NCBI RefSeq assembly: GCF_009914755.1
Contig: NC_060948.1
Source: the human T2T-CHM13v2.0 reference genome, Homo sapiens
Direction: 5' to 3' (one strand)
Length of the DNA: 64,000 nucleotides
In this document: piece after piece, positions 62,111 through 64,000 of the stretch
How positions within the stretch are numbered: the stretch's first letter is position 1
How the letters are laid out: each line of letters opens with the position of its first letter
Translations under genes and position numbers: made by a program
Notes under the pieces: generated by a model
Told to the model about the DNA's origin: nothing
Seen by the model: only the letters and a program-made list of their open reading frames with translations
The model's database searches: none

Positions 62111-64000
62111 AGATCCATATTTTTTAAATGAAAAAAAATTTCAAAGGTACTCTGCTTGGTACAATAATCAAATGTATAAACTGAGGAATAAAACATAACC
62201 ATGAAACCTACTTATAACTGCATATGGAAAATACAGAGGATAATTTTTTAAATAACATATTTTGAAAGCCTTAACTAGTAATTTGAAGAGTTGGCATTTG
62301 AAAGGCCAGTATGAATATACCTTCAAAGCAGCAACACAGGTTCCCCATGAGAAAAAGCAAACACAGGGAAAATAAAACCACAAAGGTTCAATCTCTTCTG
62401 ACCTTTGAAAGACACAGCACAGACAGTGGTCCTTAGGACGAAGAGCAGGAGACCCCTAATTCCGTCACCATGGCGATAGGGCATAAACATTGCTGGGTGA
62501 GGGCACAATCCACATTGTGAGGTCCAACTGCTGCCAGGAAGACAGGAGTGCTTTTACATAGACCGAAAGGTCATTGAAGGCTCAGAGTTTTGTTTCAAGA
62601 ACTGAATCCCAAGCCCACACGTTATTAGGCTGCGCTTCTTAAAACAAGTTATGAGATGGGAAAAAGGGCACCCACAAACATACGTATACATTATGTATAT
62701 AATAATATACAGTGTCATATATATAATATATATAACCTATGTATAATATAGTTTTACATCCTGCATCTTATGTTATTTATATTGTATAAAATATAATAAT
62801 TGATAATAGATAAGTTTTATAATTATACAATATGACATACAGTATATATTATAATTTATGACATATATAATATATGTTATATATCATATATAGAATATAT
62901 TATACGGTTAATATACGTATTAAATATAAATTATACATTATATATATTATATATAATATATCTGTTATATATAATACCCATTATGCATAATATATATATT
63001 ATGTCTATGTTATATATAGTATAAAACAACATATAATAATATATAATTGTATATATAAAATGCGACATATAATATATATTATATTTTATAACATATGTAA
63101 TATATATTATATATAATATGTTGTATGTATAATACCTATATTAAATATATATTATATGACTATGTTATTAATTACATGTCACATGTGTTATATATTATAT
63201 ATTTTACATAGAATATACCGGTTACATACAATATATACCATGTTACCTATAATGTATAATTTATTACATGTAAAATAAAGAATGCAATATATTATGTATA
63301 ATTTATAATATACAATATGTGGAATGTGATATATATAACATATAATATATGATATATGATATACAGTATATGATATATAACATACAATATATGATTCCTA
63401 ATATATATGGTATACAATATATATTTTATGATATGTGTTCTATATGTTTTATATTCTGTTATATATAACTATTTGAAATTATATATAACTGTATAATATT
63501 TTATGTAAATATGTAATATAATATATATAACTATATAATATATTATATATAACTATATATTATGTTATATATACTTTTATAACATAATTTACATAAAATA
63601 TCATAATATAATATATATTATATTATTTCATATTAAATAATATATATTACATATCACCCAATATAACTAACATACATAATATTATAATATAGATTATATT
63701 GTGTTATATTAAATATCATATATATCTTGTATCATATATTCTATAATATATATTACACATTATATAATATGTATGTTGTCTATTATGTGATATATATAAC
63801 TATATATATAATTATATTTTTATACATATAACTAGATAAACATGTAATTCTACATATTTTCATTTATAATACGTAGAATTATATAATCATATATAATTAT
63901 TTATATTCTATAAAAAATTTTATCATTATATAAATTATAATATATAAAAATTATAATATGTACTACAAATATATATATTATATATCATATATGATATAGT

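Overview
The whole 64 kb is one uninterrupted head-to-tail array of a ~2.4 kb composite human satellite. It holds 26 complete Alu+core modules (~26.5 units), with unit lengths of 2412-2421 bp, mainly 2413 and 2419-2420. On the + strand each unit reads: ~1.55 kb extremely AT-rich (TA-type) low-complexity domain, then a diverged minus-strand Alu (~290 bp, ~12 nt short at its 5' end, with a 16-bp internal duplication), then a ~570 bp more GC-balanced non-Alu core. This architecture, the unit size and a predicted ~2.14 kb HaeIII fragment match DYZ2 / HSat1B of human Yq12 heterochromatin. Related HSat1B copies on acrocentric short arms cannot be formally excluded from sequence alone. I see no credible protein-coding gene, RNA gene, CRISPR array, inversion or DYZ1 (TTCCA) block, and all listed ORFs are by-products of the repeat. 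I find no new molecular system. The informative signal is the variant pattern between units: a collinear but interrupted multi-unit duplication (offsets of 7, 8 and 10 units), a divergent 5-unit subfamily block embedded among related flanks, recent single-unit duplications (one with a breakpoint mappable to ~24 bp), mosaic units, and Alu diagnostic positions that look AluSc-like and retain Pol III A/B-box motifs. Variants were read by eye and need alignment to confirm.
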